Below are positions 16,420 to 20,000 of a DNA stretch of 20,000 bases, one piece after another. Positions within the stretch are counted from its first letter, which is position 1. The number at the start of each line of letters is the position of its first letter. The position numbers were made by a program, and so were the translations under genes. The notes under the pieces were generated by a model. That model searched no databases and was not told the DNA's origin. It saw only the letters and a program-made list of their open reading frames with translations. The DNA is from Anaerolineae bacterium (GTDB taxonomy: Bacteria; Chloroflexota; Anaerolineae; B4-G1; DUEL01), in contig JBDOIF010000041.1 in the NCBI GenBank assembly GCA_041082215.1, positions 123,500 to 143,499 of the forward strand, read 5' to 3'.

Positions 16420-17382
16420 CTACCCCGCATAGTAAGTGATATTTTCGGTGAAGCGGAGGAGAAGGAGCGTGCATCCCAGGATGATAAAGAAGAGAATCCA
16501 TGCCATTGCCGAGGCATATCCCATCTTCAGGAAGATGAAACCGTTCTGGTAGAGATAGACGCTGTAGAAGAGGGTCGAGTTGAGGGGGGCGCCGATGGCG
16601 TTGCCTACCGTCGCCACCGCTGCGCCGAAGACGTAGGCCTGCGAGAAGTACTGGAACATGCCGATGACGCCGGTGATGAGGTTGAACAGCGTGATAGGGG
16701 AGACCATCGGAATGGTGATATGCCACAGCCGCTGCAGCCAGGAGGCCCCGTCCAGTTCGGCCGACTCCAGCAGGGAGACCGGCACATCCTGCAGGCCGGA
16801 GAGGTAGATGACGATGGTCCCCCCCGTCCCCCACAGCCCCAGCAGGATCAGCGCCGGTTTGGACCAGGCCGGGTCATGGAACCAGTTGGGGCCGCGCAGG
16901 CCGAAGATGCCGAGGAAAGAGTTCAGGATGCCGCTGTTGGGGTTGAGGATCCACAGCCAGAGCATAGTGCTGGCGACGACGGGGACGATCGAGGGGAGAA
17001 AGTAGACGACACGGTAGAACGACTGACCGCGCACCTTCAGGTTAAGCAATACCGCGCAGACAAACGAGAAGAACAGGAGGAGGGGGACGCCGATCACGAC
17101 CATATAGGCGGTGTTGCCCAGCGCTGTCCAGAAGAGTTTGTCCTGGAAGAGCTGCTGGTAGTTGGCCAGGCCGATCCACCGGGAAGGGCCCCGGAAGCGG
17201 TACTCGGTAAAACTGTAGTACAGAGAAGCCAGCATCGGATAGAGGGTGAAAGCCAGGAAGCCAACCGTCCAGGGGGCGATGAACAGCATCCCCAGCCGGA
17301 AATGCCGCCAGGTACCGGGGCTCCAGCGCCGAACCCATCTGCGGACCCGTCCCGGCGGCCCGGGCATATGTCCCGCGTGCAT
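16420..17382 (-). CDS. Carbohydrate ABC transporter permease (MalF/UgpA-like, CUT1)
   Basis: Motifs FIAPW, SLYYSFT, GLANY, FLPSIVP, EAA loop LLESAELDGA, MGYASAMAW. Start placed at ATG 17382 by SD spacing. Confidence 0.95.
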   Translation of the reverse strand: MHAGHMPGPPGRVRRWVRRWSPGTWRHFRLGMLFIAPWTVGFLAFTLYPMLASLYYSFTEYRFRGPSRWIGLANYQQLFQDKLFWTALGNTAYMVVIGVPLLLFFSFVCAVLLNLKVRGQSFYRVVYFLPSIVPVVASTMLWLWILNPNSGILNSFLGIFGLRGPNWFHDPAWSKPALILLGLWGTGGTIVIYLSGLQDVPVSLLESAELDGASWLQRLWHITIPMVSPITLFNLITGVIGMFQYFSQAYVFGAAVATVGNAIGAPLNSTLFYSVYLYQNGFIFLKMGYASAMAWILFFIILGCTLLLLRFTENITYYAG

Positions 17383-17395
17383 ATGCATCCCTCCA

Positions 17396-17426
17396 TGGGG
17401 GCCCGCGAGGCCCTCACGGGCCCCCA
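17396..17426 (-). terminator. Strong stem-loop after the binding-protein gene (3' mRNA stabiliser or partial attenuator)
   Basis: TGGGGGCCCG (17396-17405) and CGGGCCCCCA (17417-17426) form a perfect 10-bp stem, extended by inner GAG/CTC pairs. No U-tract. Confidence 0.7.
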
Positions 17427-17443
17427 CCTGTGTCGGCCTGTGG

Positions 17444-18739
17444 CTACTGGCCCAGCGCTTCAGCCAGCGCGGGAGCCAGTTCGGCCTGTGCTTCGTTCAG
17501 CAGCGGCACGGGGTCTGCCCCCGTATGCAGCACCTGCTCCTCGATCTGCCCCAGCCGGTCGTTGACCTCTAGGGAGATCGGTGTGGTGATGATGTACTTG
17601 GCGTTGGGGTGGCCCATCAGGTTGAGGAAGACGTCAAAGTTAGGAATCTGGGCAAAGCGCGGGTCCTGTGCAGCCGTGCGGCTGGTGGGCAGGTTGGAGT
17701 TGGCAACCATCTCCTCGGCCACGATCTCCGGGGACATCATCCAGGCCAGCAGGCGGGCAGCCGCCTCCTTGTCCTGCACGCCGGAGGGGATCAGGGCCAC
17801 CGTCCCCTGGACGACGGCCGTGCCGGCCCGTTCAGGATGGTCGGCGGGCGGGGGGAAGGGGGCCACGCCATAGTTCAGTTCAGGCTTGAAGTGCGAGATG
17901 AAGTTCGGCCCCACCTGCCATTCGCCGTCCACCATCATGGCCACCCGCCCGGCGTAGAAACCCTGATCGGGGCTCATATAGCCGCCCAGCGCCGCGGCGA
18001 AGGCCAGCACGTTGTCCGCCCCGTACCGGCTGTAGAACTGCTGCTCCCACAGCATAGCGTCAATCATCGGCTGAGAATTGAGCCGCAGTTCGGTGCCCTC
18101 CTCGTTGTACCAGAAGCCGCCGAACATCCACGAATAGAGGTCCAGGTGGGACCAGGAGAAGTCGGGGATGAAGCCGATTTGGGCCAGAGTCCCATCGGGG
18201 TTGCGGATGGTGAGGCGGTCGGCGTACTCCACCAGCTCCTCCATCGTCTGTGGCGGACGTTCGGGGTCCAGCCCGGCGGCCTCAAACAGATCCTTGTTCC
18301 AGAAGAGGGCGTAGATGTCGGTCCCCCAGGGCAGGCAGAGATACGTGCCGTTGGCATTGCACTGGGCCAGAGGGGCCGGGAAGATGTCGTCCAGGTTAAT
18401 CCCGGTCGTCTCAATCCACTGATTCAGCGGCTCCACCAGCCCCTGCCGGGCATAGGACTTCACCAGGTCGCCTCCGCTCAGCACCAGGACATCCGGCGGG
18501 TTGGACCCGCTGAGGGCGGTAAGGATCCTTTCCTCCTCGACGGGTGCGGTCACTTCGACACGGACGTTGTTGGCTTCGCCGTAGCGGTTGAAGAGGGCCT
18601 GAAGCTGGGCCGGATTGTCCCCCCAGGTAATCCATACCCTGAGGACCTTCTGGGGCTGTTCGGGTTTCTTGCAGGAGGGAAGGAGCAGGGCGACCACAAG
18701 CAACAGAGTGACAAGGGTCAGCAATTTACGGGTTTTCAT
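17444..18739 (-). CDS. Sugar ABC transporter substrate-binding lipoprotein
   Basis: MKTRK, a hydrophobic core and lipobox LLPSC. Motifs PPDV, LFWNKDLFEAAGLD, PPQTMEEL, FYAGRVAMMVDGEW. ATG 18739 has an AGGAGG SD. Confidence 0.95.
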   Translation of the reverse strand: MKTRKLLTLVTLLLVVALLLPSCKKPEQPQKVLRVWITWGDNPAQLQALFNRYGEANNVRVEVTAPVEEERILTALSGSNPPDVLVLSGGDLVKSYARQGLVEPLNQWIETTGINLDDIFPAPLAQCNANGTYLCLPWGTDIYALFWNKDLFEAAGLDPERPPQTMEELVEYADRLTIRNPDGTLAQIGFIPDFSWSHLDLYSWMFGGFWYNEEGTELRLNSQPMIDAMLWEQQFYSRYGADNVLAFAAALGGYMSPDQGFYAGRVAMMVDGEWQVGPNFISHFKPELNYGVAPFPPPADHPERAGTAVVQGTVALIPSGVQDKEAAARLLAWMMSPEIVAEEMVANSNLPTSRTAAQDPRFAQIPNFDVFLNLMGHPNAKYIITTPISLEVNDRLGQIEEQVLHTGADPVPLLNEAQAELAPALAEALGQ

Positions 18740-18814
18740 TTCTCCTCCTGGGGTGTGGGAATGGAGCACTCTCCGTCAAAGGTATGCTTCTCTTCAGACG
18801 TTCTGCGTCCCACC

Positions 18815-18825
18815 CACCTCCTTTC
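18815..18825 (-). promoter_or_regulatory. Orphan extended Shine-Dalgarno (STAB-SD-like) in the SBP leader
   Basis: GAAAGGAGGTG on the minus strand, about 75 nt upstream of the SBP start, which has its own SD. Confidence 0.5.
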
Positions 18826-18882
18826 CGTAAGAGCCTGCCTGAAAACCTCGAAGGACACGAAGGGACAAAGGACACGCCGGAA

Positions 18883-19914
18883 TCACCGGACCATCCCACA
18901 GCCACAGGAGCGACGGATGACCAGTTCGGTGGGCAACGGCAGGGGGTGTTCAACGCGCCCCGCCTGAATCCATTGCACCAGTTGCTGGACCGCTATCCGT
19001 CCGGCCTGTTCAATGGGGGCGCGGACGGTTGTCAGAGGAGGGGAAAGATAGCGGGAGATGAAGATGTCGTCAAAGCCCACCACGGCGACGTCTTCGGGGA
19101 CGCGCCGACCGGCCCGCTGCAGCGCGGCAATAGCCCCCATAGCCGCCTCGTCATCTCCGGCAAAGATGGCATCCATATCTATGCCAGCAGTCAGCCAGTT
19201 CTCCACGGCAGCAGCCGCTTCCTCATCGTCGAAGCCTCCTGCCGCCACCAGCGCCGGGTCAAAGGGGATGCCGTGCGCCTGGAGCGACTCCTGATAGCCC
19301 GCCTGGCGCCAGTAAGAGTCCTCATGGCCAGGTGGGCCAGAGAGGAAAGCGATGCGACGGCAGCCGTGGACCTCGATCAGATGGTCCACCAGCGCCCGGG
19401 CTCCAGTGCGGTTCTCAAAGGTCACCGAAGGGATGGGGAGGGAATTCGGTGCAGAACGGCAGAGAAGGACGATCGGGAAGCCGATCCGGTAGAGGCGGGC
19501 CATCTCGGCCTCTTCCAGACTGTCGGCGAAGACCAGCAACCCATCGGTGTTGTGCTCCCCCAACGGCCGGTACGGCGGATCGAAAAGGCCGCTCCTATCC
19601 TGCATTGAGTAGATGAGCAGGCTGTAGCCGTTCTCACGGGCTCCGGCCTCGATGCCACGCAGGAGGGGCGGGAAGAAGTGGCCGCTGATCTCCGGCAGGA
19701 GCAGGCCGATGGTGTGGGTGCGTCGGCTGGCCAGACCACGGGCAGCGGCGCGGGGGACATAGTGGAGTTCGACGATGGCAGCCCGCACCCGGCTGGCCGT
19801 CGCCTCGGTGACCCTGGAGGTGCCGTTCACCACGCGGCTGACTGTGGCGATGGAGACACCAGCCCGCCGGGCCACATCGGCGATCGTCGCCCGTTTGGTT
19901 ACCGCACCATGCAT
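18883..19914 (-). CDS. LacI/GalR family transcriptional repressor
   Basis: HTH ATIADVARRAGVSIATVSRVVN, hinge AARGLA, and C-terminal VPEDVAVVGFDD and PPLTTV. Confidence 0.97.
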   Translation of the reverse strand: MHGAVTKRATIADVARRAGVSIATVSRVVNGTSRVTEATASRVRAAIVELHYVPRAAARGLASRRTHTIGLLLPEISGHFFPPLLRGIEAGARENGYSLLIYSMQDRSGLFDPPYRPLGEHNTDGLLVFADSLEEAEMARLYRIGFPIVLLCRSAPNSLPIPSVTFENRTGARALVDHLIEVHGCRRIAFLSGPPGHEDSYWRQAGYQESLQAHGIPFDPALVAAGGFDDEEAAAAVENWLTAGIDMDAIFAGDDEAAMGAIAALQRAGRRVPEDVAVVGFDDIFISRYLSPPLTTVRAPIEQAGRIAVQQLVQWIQAGRVEHPLPLPTELVIRRSCGCGMVR

Positions 19915-19951
19915 CGAGCGGACCCCCCAGGGGAGAACGGGAACAGGGTTC

Positions 19952-19965
19952 TGAAAGCGCTTTCA
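19952..19965. promoter_or_regulatory. LacI-family operator (perfect 14-bp palindrome)
   Basis: TGAAAGCGCTTTCA with a central CG. It overlaps the last base of the -10 box and the predicted +1. Confidence 0.9.
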
Positions 19966-19993
19966 TTATAGCAGATGAAAAAACTACTGTCAA
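19965..19993 (-). promoter_or_regulatory. Consensus sigma70/sigmaA promoter of the operon
   Basis: Minus strand TTGACA (19993-19988), 17 bp spacer, TATAAT (19970-19965). Confidence 0.92.
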
Positions 19994-20000
19994 GCCAGAC

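Noticed and set aside
57..19971. Many long plus-strand ORFs (e.g. 1764-3305, 5214-6428, 14223-16097, 17609-18967)
   Set aside because: They are antisense shadows of well-supported minus-strand genes in high-GC DNA and carry no recognisable motifs.

Overview
High-GC bacterial DNA. Gene style and intergenic motifs suggest Chloroflexota/Anaerolineae, but this is inference. All credible genes are on the minus strand. Most of the window is one ~18.8 kb, 15-gene, tightly coupled operon. It is driven by a perfect TTGACA-17-TATAAT promoter overlapped by a perfect LacI-type palindrome (TGAAAGCGCTTTCA). Gene order: LacI repressor; sugar ABC binding lipoprotein; two permeases; GH5; GH4; glycerol-1-phosphate-dehydrogenase-like enzyme; Gfo/Idh/MocA oxidoreductase; PIG-L deacetylase fused to a Cys/His-rich DUF1284-like domain; MFS; neutral-ceramidase-like amidohydrolase; GPH-type MFS; second ceramidase-like amidohydrolase; second GPH-type MFS; RifK/BtrR-like DegT aminotransferase. 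I do not recognise this enzyme set as a described pathway. It best fits uptake and breakdown of an N-acylated amino-sugar or aminocyclitol glycoside (deglycosylate, deacylate, deaminate, reduce). Downstream lie an unannotated start-less CPBP/CAAX protease remnant, a probably leaderless NarL/LuxR response regulator, paired candidate regulator boxes, and the start of a receiver-like ORF. Non-coding features include a GTAG-REP-like cluster, two strong hairpins and an orphan Shine-Dalgarno.
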